A stretch of 64,000 bases of DNA from an uncultured Lachnospiraceae bacterium. GTDB taxonomy: Bacteria; Bacillota; Clostridia; Lachnospirales; Lachnospiraceae. The DNA is taken from assembly GCA_902781895.1 (NCBI GenBank), contig CACZLA010000006.1:835-64834 (forward strand), written 5' to 3'. Both the position numbers and the translations under genes were made by a program. The notes below the pieces were generated by a model that searched no databases, had not been told where the DNA came from, and worked only from the letters and a program-made list of their open reading frames with translations. Below, piece after piece: positions 36,464 to 46,273 of this stretch. Positions within the stretch are counted from its first letter, which is position 1; the number at the start of each line of letters is the position of its first letter.

Positions 36464-37168
36464 CTATTTCTGAGCTATGATGGCAACATATCCGCCGCTC
36501 TTATAGCCCTCGACTACTTCCTCAGGCTCTTCATTTGTATACATAGGATTCTTTACAAGAGTCTGGTAAAACTTGAAATCAGTTATACCCAGGGACTTAA
36601 GCACATCGATCTTCTCCTCTGTAGAATGCCATACTCCCGAAGAAGCAAGCTCTATAGGATAAGGAAGCATTGGCATGGTACCCTCAAGATACTCATGATC
36701 ATAGGTTCCGAGACTCTTGCCCAGAAGATACATAAATCCAAATGCACTCTCCTTCGGCACGTCAAGAAGTATCAGCTTTCCGTCAGCCTTAAGCGCCTTC
36801 AGACTCTTTTCATAAACCGGATAAAGATCCTCCATATAGCTAGAGCTTCCGTTGAAATAAATGATATCATAGGTATTCTCCGGAAGGTCCACATCTTCTA
36901 TAATACCATACTTGATAACATTTACACCACGTTTTTCGGCTATAGCTCCCATATCCCTGGAGGGCTCTATACCCTCTACTCCCGAGCAGTCAATATAGCT
37001 TTCAAAAAGTCCGCTTCCGCATCCTACGGAAAGAAGCTTCTTTCCTTCATAATCACCCAGCACCTTCTTGAAAAGTCTCAGCTCGCTGGTGAAAAGATTA
37101 TCGTTTTCCATAAACCACTCATCATACTGGTTTGCATAGCCATCAAATTTCTGTTTTTCGTTACTCAT
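36464..37168 (-). CDS. Class I SAM-dependent methyltransferase
   Basis: Motif I is LLSVGCGSGLFE, followed by the post-I acidic residue and LKADGKLILLD (motif II/III). Confidence 0.75.
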   Translation of the reverse strand: MSNEKQKFDGYANQYDEWFMENDNLFTSELRLFKKVLGDYEGKKLLSVGCGSGLFESYIDCSGVEGIEPSRDMGAIAEKRGVNVIKYGIIEDVDLPENTYDIIYFNGSSSYMEDLYPVYEKSLKALKADGKLILLDVPKESAFGFMYLLGKSLGTYDHEYLEGTMPMLPYPIELASSGVWHSTEEKIDVLKSLGITDFKFYQTLVKNPMYTNEEPEEVVEGYKSGGYVAIIAQK

Positions 37169-37195
37169 TTTTTCTCCATTTCTTTTATAATAATT

Positions 37196-37244
37196 AAGAT
37201 TCTTCGCTCAGAATGACATCTTGTTGCTTCGCTCAGAATGACAT
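37196..37244. repeat. Two direct copies (25-bp register) of CTTCGCTCAGAATGACAT preceded by AAGATT; same short repeat family as at 55935-56045
   Basis: Copies at 37202-37219 and 37227-37244, immediately 3' of the thiD stop. The string TAAGATTCTTCGCT...GCTCAGAATGACAT recurs at 55964-55994. Confidence 0.8.
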
Positions 37245-37245
37245 A

Positions 37246-38028
37246 TTACATTATCTTGTAAGCGTGGTTCATGGGGCCGCTGCCCTTTCCCAGATCCAGC
37301 ATAGCTGCAAGAGCGCCTGATATATAATCCTTTGCATTTTTTACGGATGTATCCAGGTCATTCCCCTTTGCAAGATTTGATGCGATAGCACTTGACAAGG
37401 TGCAGCCTGTTCCATGTGTATTCGGGTTATCTATACGGCGTCCTTTAAACCATACAAAGTCCCCGTCACGATAGAGCAGGTCATTTGCATCATTTATCTG
37501 ATGTCCTCCCTTACAGAGAACAGCGCAGCCAAAGGCTTCATAGATTGCCTTTGCGGCAGCGATCATATCCTCCTCCGACTTTATTTCAAGACCGGACAGA
37601 ACCTCTGCCTCCGGAATGTTCGGAGTTATAACCGTAGCTATGGGAAGGAGACGCTTTTTAAGTGTTTCTATCGCATCATCACTTATCAGCTTTGCTCCGC
37701 TGGTTGCTACCATTACAGGATCCACCACGATGTTTTTTGCATCGTACTCCTTCAGTTTGTCGGAGATTACTTCAATAAGCTCAGTGGATGATACCATACC
37801 GGTTTTAACCGCATCAGGAAAGATATCCGTAAAGATTGCATCTATCTGATCCGATAAAAAATCCGGCGTAACCTCCATAATATTTGTTACGCCGGTTGTG
37901 TTCTGGGCGGTAAGAGCCGTAACTGCACTCATGGCATAAACTCCATTTGCAGTCATGGTCTTGATATCCGCCTGGATACCGGCGCCTCCGCTGGAATCAC
38001 TTCCTGCGATCGTTAAGCATGTGTTCAT
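37246..38028 (-). CDS. thiD: Hydroxymethylpyrimidine / phosphomethylpyrimidine kinase
   Basis: 260 aa with LTIAGSDSSGGAGIQADIKT, VKTGM, VVDPVMVATSG and NTHGTGCTLSSAIA, the full ThiD motif set. Confidence 0.93.
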   Translation of the reverse strand: MNTCLTIAGSDSSGGAGIQADIKTMTANGVYAMSAVTALTAQNTTGVTNIMEVTPDFLSDQIDAIFTDIFPDAVKTGMVSSTELIEVISDKLKEYDAKNIVVDPVMVATSGAKLISDDAIETLKKRLLPIATVITPNIPEAEVLSGLEIKSEEDMIAAAKAIYEAFGCAVLCKGGHQINDANDLLYRDGDFVWFKGRRIDNPNTHGTGCTLSSAIASNLAKGNDLDTSVKNAKDYISGALAAMLDLGKGSGPMNHAYKIM

Positions 38029-38190
38029 AGCATTACCCTCTTTCTTAGTTTTTATTTACTATAATTTGCTTATTTTTTATAGCGATCCAAGGTGGTGCCC
38101 CCGGTGGACCGCTTATTTTGTTTTCTATACGCTGCGGTTTCATCCGCATGCTTTCAGGTGTCAGTTCAGAGTGTCAGTTTAGCATTCAGT

Positions 38191-38901
38191 TCAGACTTTG
38201 AAATCATCTATACGGTTCAGAAATATGTCCGCAGTATTTTTCAGACCTTCCACATCACTCTCACCGTATTCATCATATACACCAACTGTTATATACCCTG
38301 CATCCTTTGCAGTTTTAAGTGCATAGAGTGAATCCTCAAATACAAGGGTTTCCTCGGGAGAGGTGTTCATGTACTGAGCCGCCATATTATAAATCTTCGG
38401 TGAGTGCTTACTTTCTCCAACCTCTGAGTTGGTAAATATCCTGTCGATATATTCAAGAAGTCCGTTTCTTTCCAGAGCCCTTTCAATCTGCTGTCTCGGG
38501 CTGGAGGTTGCAGCAGTGACAGGAAGATTATTTGAACTGAAATATGTCACCAGCTCCCGGGCTCCCGGTTTTAAATCCACCTCATGGAAATAAAAATCCT
38601 CAAGCATACCTCTTATTCCTTCCAGCAGTTCCTCCCGGGTTCTGTCCGGAACATAATGCTCTCTCAGATAGTCAGCTCCCTGTTCCATACTCATGGAAAA
38701 CAGGATTTTATTTAAGCCCTCTTCCGGCTGGATACCATTTTTTATGAGATATCTTGCTCCCAGATCATTCCATATCTTCATGGAATCCAGAAGCACTCCG
38801 TCTATATCAAAGATAACTCCGCTGATTTTTTTACCCTTTATTTCCATACTCACTGATCCACCATTTTCCGTTTCAGCATTCACAGCTTCAACATTCATCA
38901 T
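38191..38901 (-). CDS. HAD-superfamily hydrolase (beta-phosphoglucomutase-like subfamily IA)
   Basis: FDIDGVLLDS (motif I DxD), TAATSS (motif II) and FEDSLYALKTAKDAG (motif IV). The true start may be the internal ATG at 38847 (MEIKGKK...). Confidence 0.8.
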   Translation of the reverse strand: MMNVEAVNAETENGGSVSMEIKGKKISGVIFDIDGVLLDSMKIWNDLGARYLIKNGIQPEEGLNKILFSMSMEQGADYLREHYVPDRTREELLEGIRGMLEDFYFHEVDLKPGARELVTYFSSNNLPVTAATSSPRQQIERALERNGLLEYIDRIFTNSEVGESKHSPKIYNMAAQYMNTSPEETLVFEDSLYALKTAKDAGYITVGVYDEYGESDVEGLKNTADIFLNRIDDFKV

Positions 38902-39543
38902 TTACTGATTCACCATTTTCTTTGTTACTTCCTTCAGTTCGGCCGCAGCTGCTTTGATATCCTTAGCTGCATATATGGCACTGATCACCGCTATACCGCA
39001 GATGCCGCTGCCGCCCAGCTGGGGCGTATTATCCTTCGTGATACCGCCTATGGCTATAACAGGGATTGACACTGCTTCGCATATGGCCTTCAGTGTTTCA
39101 TAGGACACATCATCAGCATCATCCTTTGATCCTGTGGGAAATACAGCTCCGACTCCGAGATAGTCAGCTCCCCGCTTTTCGGCAAGAACTGCCTGCTCAA
39201 CAGACTGTGCTGAAACTCCGATAATCTTATCAGGTCCCAGCTTCTCACGAACATCTCCGGCCTCCATGTCACTCTGACCAACGTGAACTCCGTCCGCATC
39301 CATTTTAATGGCGATATCCACATTATCATTTATGACAAATGGAACCTTATACTCTCTGCATAGTTCCTTAAGCTCTATAGCTTCCTCGAGAAATGTTTCA
39401 TCATCCAGCTGTTTTTCTCTGAGCTGGAGAAATGTAACGCCGCCCTCCAGACTTTCCTTTACAACATCTGTAAGCTTTCTTCCCTCCAGCCAGTGACGGT
39501 CGGTTACTGCATATAACAGAAGATCATCCTTAGAGCACTTCAT
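38902..39543 (-). CDS. thiE: Thiamine-phosphate synthase
   Basis: LYAVTD, FLQLREK, VHVGQSD, GVSAQS, DYLGVGAVFPT and IPVIAIGGI. The start is moved to ATG 39543 (MKCSKDD...), which overlaps the thiM end. Confidence 0.9.
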   Translation of the reverse strand: MKCSKDDLLLYAVTDRHWLEGRKLTDVVKESLEGGVTFLQLREKQLDDETFLEEAIELKELCREYKVPFVINDNVDIAIKMDADGVHVGQSDMEAGDVREKLGPDKIIGVSAQSVEQAVLAEKRGADYLGVGAVFPTGSKDDADDVSYETLKAICEAVSIPVIAIGGITKDNTPQLGGSGICGIAVISAIYAAKDIKAAAAELKEVTKKMVNQ

Positions 39544-40351
39544 ATTTTGCTCCCTCCTCAAGTGTCTTGCCATCCATGTTATAGATAGCGTCTATGATAC
39601 GGTTACGGTATGTGGAATTTCCATCTGATGGCTGCATATTTTTCCAGCCTATCTCACCGGCAAGTCCCATAGTACATACAGCTGCAGCTGCAGCTTCCAG
39701 CATGTTATCGGGATTTGCCACAATAAATGCAGTGAGCATACCTGACAGCTGACAACCGGTTCCGGTTATCTTTCCCATCTCGGGGCGTCCGTTTCTTATC
39801 ACATAACATTTTTCTCCATCACTGACCAGATCTATGGCTCCGGTTATGGCTACGATGGAGCCGCTCTTTTTTGAGAAATCCTTTACAAATTTTACGGCCG
39901 CCTCAAGGCTGTCCTCAGTTACGGCATCCGCAACATCAGCATCAACTCCCTTTGTGGTTCCGCTTCCCAGAGCAAGAGTCTTTATCTCGGAAATATTTCC
40001 TCTGATAACATCAAACCTTATCTCCTCCATCAGCTTTACCGCCGTTTCAGTCCTAAGCTTTGACGCTCCCGCTCCGACAGGGTCTAGCAGGGTTTTATGT
40101 CCCAGTTCATTCGCCTTTTTTCCGGCCAGGAACATTCCCTTTATACTGCTCTGATTCAGAGTTCCTATGTTGATGTTCAGACCTCCGCAGATGGATGTGA
40201 TATCCTCCACATCCTCCGGTTCGTCTGACATGATAGGACTTCCTCCGCATGCCAGCAGTACATTTGCCACATCATTAACAGTTACATAGTTCGTAATATT
40301 ATGTACCAGTGGCACATTCTTACGAACATTTTCGATACAGGCACCAAGCAT
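39530..40351 (-). CDS. thiM: Hydroxyethylthiazole kinase
   Basis: 273 aa with PLVHNITNYVTVNDVANVLLACGGSPIM, NIGTL, DPVGAGAS and TGTGCQLSGM. The RBS is AAGGAGG. Confidence 0.92.
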   Translation of the reverse strand: MLGACIENVRKNVPLVHNITNYVTVNDVANVLLACGGSPIMSDEPEDVEDITSICGGLNINIGTLNQSSIKGMFLAGKKANELGHKTLLDPVGAGASKLRTETAVKLMEEIRFDVIRGNISEIKTLALGSGTTKGVDADVADAVTEDSLEAAVKFVKDFSKKSGSIVAITGAIDLVSDGEKCYVIRNGRPEMGKITGTGCQLSGMLTAFIVANPDNMLEAAAAAVCTMGLAGEIGWKNMQPSDGNSTYRNRIIDAIYNMDGKTLEEGAKYEVL

Positions 40352-40370
40352 ATCGAATCCTCCTTTATAT

Positions 40371-40525
40371 TAAAAATTAAAGCAGATACAACCCGGACGT
40401 GGTATATCTGCTTTTAACTCTAAGCTATCGGCTTTTATATCCCTACGTTGGCATTATCCAAATCAGGTAACGGGTCCAGACAATACAGTCTGTTCTCAGC
40501 CTGTTTCCCACAAGCTCCCCTCTTG
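40371..40525 (-). promoter_or_regulatory. TPP (THI-box) riboswitch with intrinsic terminator expression platform, upstream of thiM
   Basis: The minus strand reads GAGGGGAGC...GGCTGAGA...ACCCGTTACCTGATTTGGATAATGCCAACGTAGGGA (about 40441-40523), matching the conserved TPP aptamer cores. The downstream hairpin AAAGCAGATA / TATCTGCTTT (40379-40414) is followed by AATTTTTA. Confidence 0.9.
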
Positions 40526-40603
40526 TTTTTATTATCATATGCTCAGCATGATGATTTATGATACTTACGCCATTGTAGGCTTTGAATGTCATAAAGTCAA
40601 CAT

Positions 40604-43600
40604 TTATTTCGCACTTTCTTCTTCCGAAACATCATAATAGCCTCTGGTCATCTTTTCTTCAAACTCTTCCTTAGGAAGAGGCTTGTCGAAGAAGAAGCCC
40701 TGCGCATAGTTGCAGTTGTTTTTCATGAGCACACCCAGCTGTTCCTCTGTCTCCACTCCTTCAACTATACACTCGACATTCATCTCGTTTACCATGGCAA
40801 TAACATGCTTGAACATGATCCTGCTCACTTCATCCTTTGATTCGAGATTTTCAGGAAGGAAGCTTCTGTCGACCTTAATAACATTCCAGGGCAGTTCTCT
40901 GATAAGGTTAAGCGATGAATAACCCATACCAAAGTCATCAACCGAAGTAAATATTCCTACACTCTGAAGTCCGCTTACAACTCTCTTCAGATCACTGAAT
41001 CCCACATCTGTTGTTGTCTCGGTAAGCTCTATCTCTATGCAGCTGTGAGGCACATTATGCCTGTCAATGATCTTCAGGATATTCTCAAGAAGATTTGAAT
41101 TGATCATGTGTTTACGGGACAGATTTACGGATATTCTCACAACCTTCTTTCCCATATCAAGCCATCCGCGGATATCTCTGCAGACATGATCCAGCATATA
41201 GAAATCCAGCTTACATATCTCACTGGTTTCCTCCAGCATCGGTATGAATTCACCGGGACTTATCATCTTTCCTCTATGGAACCATCTGCATAATGCTTCG
41301 GCACCTATTATCTCACCTGTCCTAATATCAACCTTTGGCTGATAATAAACCTTAAACTCCTCATCACGAAGAGCATCCGGGAACAGATGCTGAACCTTCA
41401 TTACGTTATTTCTGTCTTCAACCAGATTTCCACTATAGAAAACTATGTTATCCTTTCCGCCGTTCTGTGCTGCCCTGAACGGAGTAACTATCTTCTCCAT
41501 AATGTTACCCGGATGCTGTATCACATAATTATTTGGTATCCTGAATACACCTACATCAGAGGTTATTATTACGGACTTTGCTTCCATGTTATCATAAACT
41601 ATCGTAGTCTCGTTCAGATATGCAAGAACATTTCCAAGCTGTGAGTTATCACAGATAGCAACAAAATTGCCGCCTCCGAGACGAGCCACTGTTCCTCCGT
41701 CTCCTATCATGGATTCAAGATTCTCATAATACTGCTTGGTTATCAGATTACCTGCTCTGTCACTTATCTCACTATTGATAAATGAAAAATGTCTGATATT
41801 GTACATCAGCGCAGACTTACCGCCGATACTCTTACGATTTTCCATAATATATCTATAGAAGCTTCTGAGATTTCTGAATCCGTCATCATCATAAAACGCC
41901 ATTCTCTCTGCTATATCTCTGATACGGTTTCTGCTGAGATAGGTTAATGTAGTCCTTACAACCAGCTCCAGACGACGTCTTTCCTCTTCACCTAATGGTC
42001 GTTCATTCGGCGACATATAAATAGTGATCACAGCAATAGACATTATCTTTGTCACTATCCGAAGAGACATTATCTCTTCCCCTTCTATGCCGGTATCATG
42101 ACATACAAGGGTCTCACTATTTCCAACCAATTCATCATGAGGAGACTTATAAAGCTTTGCTACACCCTTTGAAACCCTGAAGTAATCACCAAACTGATCC
42201 AGAAGTTTCATTATCAGCTCTCTGTCCAGATTGTCAACATCTGTCATGCAGGAGATCAGCTGTTCAAAAAGGTCGTGGAACCTCATATCATGTTCCAATT
42301 TCGCTTTTTCAATAGGGCTTATTTCTTCGTTTCGCTCTTTCTTTACATAGTATCTTTTATTTGCAAACATATATCTGTCTGCACGGTCAAATACGTCCTG
42401 AACCCTGTTATCAAGAGTAGGCTTATATTCAGACATGCCGAACGCAAATGTAACCCGGCCCTTATCTCTGCTTTCCTTAAGCTTTTCAAGGAGTTTACTT
42501 ATCAGTTCATCACGATGCTTATAATCATCACCCTTTAACACAACTGCAAACTCATCTCCGCCTATACGGTAAAGTGTACTGGTTTTATATACTTCGGAAA
42601 GAATCTTAGCCGCATCCTGTATATATTCGTCACCTATTTTATGTCCCTGTTCATCATTGATCTTCTTCAGATCATTTATATCACAGACAAGTATGGCAAA
42701 GCTGAGGCCTATCTGATCATCAATATCACGGTCAGCCTTTATTTCCTGCTGGGCATAGTAACGCTTATTATAAAGACCTGTTAAAGGATCACGATTTGCC
42801 ATATCCATGGCATTTCCAAGGGCGGTTTCCAGATCTATTTCCATTCTTCTTGACTCATCGATATTCGAAACGGCAACTATAACAAAATCCGACTCTTCCC
42901 TCGACTTTACAGCAAAAAGAGTTACGAACTGAGGTCTTCCGTCAATGATCAACCTGTAATTAAGAACAAATTTACCGGTCTGTTCAAGAATCTTCAGCAT
43001 ATAATCCTTCTGCATGGCATGTGCCATCATCGGATAATCCTCAGGAAAAATATCCTTTTTCATATTTTCCTGAGTATCCGCAAAAAAGTCACTTCCCTTT
43101 ATTCCAACCTCAAGCTTTGCGTACTTTTTACTGGAGCTGAACTCCAGATATTCATTCGTTTTCGTATTTACCTGATAAATAACCTCATATCTATGGGCAA
43201 GGGCTGTTGCTATCTCATCAAAGCTCTGGCTTTCGGATTTTATTGCACGCTCACGCCTTACCTGTGCATCAATATTCGTGACACCCATAAGCAGATGCTT
43301 CTCATCATTTTTAGGCCTTACAACCAGCAAGGAAACATATATGGACTTTCCATCGAGAAACTGTCGATAATTCATGGTCATAGAGCCTTCCTTATCGAGT
43401 ATGCTCAGAAGATTCTCCTTATCCATAACACGAAGAACCTTTCTCTGATCATCCTTATGGATGTATCTTTTTATGTCCGGTACGGCATCTTCAAAAAAAT
43501 TACCACCCTTCTTCGTTGTTCCAAGCTTTGCATACTGTTCACTGGCACTGTACTGCACATATGAATCCGTATCCAGATCTACGTAATATATGACTTCATA

Positions 43601-44461
43601 TCTGCTTGCCAGAGATCCGGCTATCTTATCATATATCTCAACCTCATCCTCCTGACGCTTCTGTTCATCGATATTTCTTATACCGATAACGAGATGATCA
43701 TCATTACTCTGCTGTCTGAAAGCTATCAGGTTCATATACTGTACAGTATCATCATAATTCTGCCTGTACACAACAGAATACATTTCATCAACCTGAAGAT
43801 GACTCAGCAGATTATCTCTACTGAGTTCATTTACGAGCATCTCCCTGTCTTCTTCATATATATATTTTCTTATATCTGTTTTGACCCTGTTGAAGAAATC
43901 ATCATCTCCGCCACTCTCTATTCCCAGTTCGGCAAAGGCACTACTGGAATAATATTCTGTATAATGTCCGGTATTTATATCTACATGGTAGATAACCTCG
44001 AACATGCTTGCCAGAGATCCGGCTATTTCCGAATAGATTATAACTCTTTCCTGATCCTTCAGTTCTCTCCGAACCTGTTTATCTATATTCTGAACACCGA
44101 TTATTATATCCTCACCCTTTTTTCTGATAGTCTTCAGAAAATAATACTGAGGATTATTTTCATCATTCAATCTGTAATTCAGTCCGAAGGACTCACCGCT
44201 CTCAAGAGCAGTTTCAACTCTTTCCTTTTTAAAAGCTTCAAGAAATCTTTCCTGATCTTCCGGCCATACATACTGTCTGCACTCTATTTTTACTTCCTCA
44301 TAGAAATCCGTGCCGGTTCTTTTAACCTGCAGTTCATCACCTTCGGAGTAATATTCCACGTAGCTGTCATCCTTTGAATCAACTACATATATGCTTTCGT
44401 AATCATTTGCCAGAGCGAGTGCCAGATCTGAAAATGATGTATTTTTTTCTTTAGCTCCCAT
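40604..44461 (-). CDS. Cytoplasmic c-di-GMP signalling protein: 4 tandem PAS-like modules - GGDEF - degenerate GGDEF - EAL
   Basis: Four ~125-aa repeats start with (R/M)(Y/F)EVIY.V(D/N)..T..Y.E(Y/F). The active-looking cyclase has RIGGDEFAVV. The second domain has LGGGNFVAI. EAL motifs are GAEALCRW, IELTET, DDFGMGYS and EGVETEEQ. The start is moved to ATG 44461 (MGAKEK...), which has a GGAGGGGG RBS. Confidence 0.88.
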   Translation of the reverse strand: MGAKEKNTSFSDLALALANDYESIYVVDSKDDSYVEYYSEGDELQVKRTGTDFYEEVKIECRQYVWPEDQERFLEAFKKERVETALESGESFGLNYRLNDENNPQYYFLKTIRKKGEDIIIGVQNIDKQVRRELKDQERVIIYSEIAGSLASMFEVIYHVDINTGHYTEYYSSSAFAELGIESGGDDDFFNRVKTDIRKYIYEEDREMLVNELSRDNLLSHLQVDEMYSVVYRQNYDDTVQYMNLIAFRQQSNDDHLVIGIRNIDEQKRQEDEVEIYDKIAGSLASRYEVIYYVDLDTDSYVQYSASEQYAKLGTTKKGGNFFEDAVPDIKRYIHKDDQRKVLRVMDKENLLSILDKEGSMTMNYRQFLDGKSIYVSLLVVRPKNDEKHLLMGVTNIDAQVRRERAIKSESQSFDEIATALAHRYEVIYQVNTKTNEYLEFSSSKKYAKLEVGIKGSDFFADTQENMKKDIFPEDYPMMAHAMQKDYMLKILEQTGKFVLNYRLIIDGRPQFVTLFAVKSREESDFVIVAVSNIDESRRMEIDLETALGNAMDMANRDPLTGLYNKRYYAQQEIKADRDIDDQIGLSFAILVCDINDLKKINDEQGHKIGDEYIQDAAKILSEVYKTSTLYRIGGDEFAVVLKGDDYKHRDELISKLLEKLKESRDKGRVTFAFGMSEYKPTLDNRVQDVFDRADRYMFANKRYYVKKERNEEISPIEKAKLEHDMRFHDLFEQLISCMTDVDNLDRELIMKLLDQFGDYFRVSKGVAKLYKSPHDELVGNSETLVCHDTGIEGEEIMSLRIVTKIMSIAVITIYMSPNERPLGEEERRRLELVVRTTLTYLSRNRIRDIAERMAFYDDDGFRNLRSFYRYIMENRKSIGGKSALMYNIRHFSFINSEISDRAGNLITKQYYENLESMIGDGGTVARLGGGNFVAICDNSQLGNVLAYLNETTIVYDNMEAKSVIITSDVGVFRIPNNYVIQHPGNIMEKIVTPFRAAQNGGKDNIVFYSGNLVEDRNNVMKVQHLFPDALRDEEFKVYYQPKVDIRTGEIIGAEALCRWFHRGKMISPGEFIPMLEETSEICKLDFYMLDHVCRDIRGWLDMGKKVVRISVNLSRKHMINSNLLENILKIIDRHNVPHSCIEIELTETTTDVGFSDLKRVVSGLQSVGIFTSVDDFGMGYSSLNLIRELPWNVIKVDRSFLPENLESKDEVSRIMFKHVIAMVNEMNVECIVEGVETEEQLGVLMKNNCNYAQGFFFDKPLPKEEFEEKMTRGYYDVSEEESAK

Positions 44462-44647
44462 AAGCCCCCTCCATATACATATAGTAATTTTAACAAGAAT
44501 ATATAAATCTATCAATCATAAAAAGCTTTTTATATGCTATGAAAAGCCCCTTTTTTCTTTAATAAACAGCTGTGCTGTCTTGAATAAACATTTGAATTAT
44601 GATAAATTACGGAATAGTTGAGTAAAATTTAGATTCGAGGGATCGAC

Positions 44648-46273
44648 ATGTTATATTACTATCTGTTTTTTTCAGTAGTTTTCATACCCCTTACAATTAT
44701 TTTTTATCAGATAATTCCTAAGCGTTTCAGGTGGGTAATGCTCCTGCTTGCAAGCATAGGTTTTTATTTTACGTTCTCTTATTATCTTTTTGTATTTCTT
44801 ATTTTTTCTACCGCCGTTACATACTGCACCGGCCGTATCCTGGAAAGAGTATCCAATAATAAAAAGAACGCCCTGAAGCTCCTGAAGGAAAATAAGGAGC
44901 TGGCTTCAGATAAAGAAGCAATGAAAAAGAGCAAGGCTGATGTTAAGGCAAAGTTCCAGAAGAAATCCAGACTCATACTTACAGTCGGAATCATACTTGC
45001 ACTTTCCACACTGCTTTATCTCAAGTATTACAATTTCTTCGCAGAAAATATAAACTCGTGGTTTGGCTCAAAAGCAAATCCCGAGATACTTCCCATCAGG
45101 ACTCTGGCTCTGCCTCTCGGAATATCCTTCTATACTATGCAGGCCATCAGTTATCTGGTGGATGTTTACTGGGGTAAATATGAAGCGCAGAAGAATCCAT
45201 TTAAGCTTCTGCTCTATCTCTGCTTTTTCCCTACTATCATAGAAGGTCCTATCGCTCTTTATTCAGATATGAAGGACAGACTGTATGTAGGTAATTCCAT
45301 AGATCCCGATAATATTGTCCGGGGCTTCACCCGGTTTATCTGGGGTATCATGAAAAAGCTGGTCATAGCAGACCGTCTCAGTCCGGCTGTTACTCTGTTG
45401 TTTGATCCGGGACATAAGACCAAAGGCTTCGAGGTTATAGCCGCAGCAGTTCTATTTACGGTAATGGAGTATATGGACTTTTCAGGCTGCATGGATATGG
45501 TCATAGGTATAGCACGTATGTTCGGGATAACCCTTCCGGAGAACTTCCGTCAGCCCTTCCTTGCCAGAAATGCTTCTGAGTTCTGGCGCCGCTGGCATAT
45601 ATCTCTGGGTGTGTGGTTCAAGACATACATTTTCTATCCCGTATCAATGTCGGGGCTTTCAAAGAAATGGGGCAAGATAGCCCGGGGAAAAGTCAACAAG
45701 CATCTGACACGTGTTGTTGCTTCAGCTATAGCACTTCTTCCCGTATGGCTTTGTAACGGACTCTGGCATGGTCCGAAGTGGACATACATTTTCTATGGAG
45801 TCTTCTACTTTGTTGTGATAGTACTGGAGCTTCTGCTGGAACCGGTGGGTGACGGAATACTGAAACGCCTTCATACATCCAAAGAAAACAAGGTAGTAAA
45901 TGTTATCCGTATTTTAAAAACATGGATCATTATATTTACGGGTGAGCTTTTCTTCCAGGCATATTCCCTTAAGGAAGGCTTCCGTATGCTTGGCGATATC
46001 GGCCACGGATTTAAAATCAGTTCCTTATGGAACGGTGACGCTCTCACCTGGGGACTGGATTTGTATGACTGGCTGGTGGTTCTTATAATGCTTATCGTTG
46101 TCATCATCATCAATCTTATCAGAGAAAAAGGTGTAGACATACCTGATGCTCTTCTTCACAGACCTCTGGTCTTAAGATGGGCTCTTCTTCTGATGCTTCT
46201 GATGGTGATCACTATATTCGGCTGCTATGGCCCGGGATTTGAGGAGGTGGATCTGATATATGCAGGATTCTAA
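44648..46273 (+). CDS. MBOAT-family membrane O-acyltransferase (DltB/AlgI-like)
   Basis: A polytopic protein with FWRRWHISLGVWFKTYIFYP and the conserved His in NGLWHGPKW. A Lys-rich cytoplasmic insertion lies near aa 70-115. Confidence 0.88.
   Translation: MLYYYLFFSVVFIPLTIIFYQIIPKRFRWVMLLLASIGFYFTFSYYLFVFLIFSTAVTYCTGRILERVSNNKKNALKLLKENKELASDKEAMKKSKADVKAKFQKKSRLILTVGIILALSTLLYLKYYNFFAENINSWFGSKANPEILPIRTLALPLGISFYTMQAISYLVDVYWGKYEAQKNPFKLLLYLCFFPTIIEGPIALYSDMKDRLYVGNSIDPDNIVRGFTRFIWGIMKKLVIADRLSPAVTLLFDPGHKTKGFEVIAAAVLFTVMEYMDFSGCMDMVIGIARMFGITLPENFRQPFLARNASEFWRRWHISLGVWFKTYIFYPVSMSGLSKKWGKIARGKVNKHLTRVVASAIALLPVWLCNGLWHGPKWTYIFYGVFYFVVIVLELLLEPVGDGILKRLHTSKENKVVNVIRILKTWIIIFTGELFFQAYSLKEGFRMLGDIGHGFKISSLWNGDALTWGLDLYDWLVVLIMLIVVIIINLIREKGVDIPDALLHRPLVLRWALLLMLLMVITIFGCYGPGFEEVDLIYAGF

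Noticed and set aside
38029-38190. A second TPP riboswitch, or an HMP-PP-type element, upstream of thiD. The region contains a GC-rich segment AGCGATCCAAGGTGGTGCCCCCGGTGGACCGCT and GTGTCAGTT / CAGTTCAGA direct repeats.
   Set aside because: It has none of the TPP cores (GGGG.GC, CTGAGA, ACCC...CCTGAT..GGATAATGCC). The hairpin has a U-tract only on the plus strand, which is the wrong orientation for the minus-strand operon. I left it unassigned.
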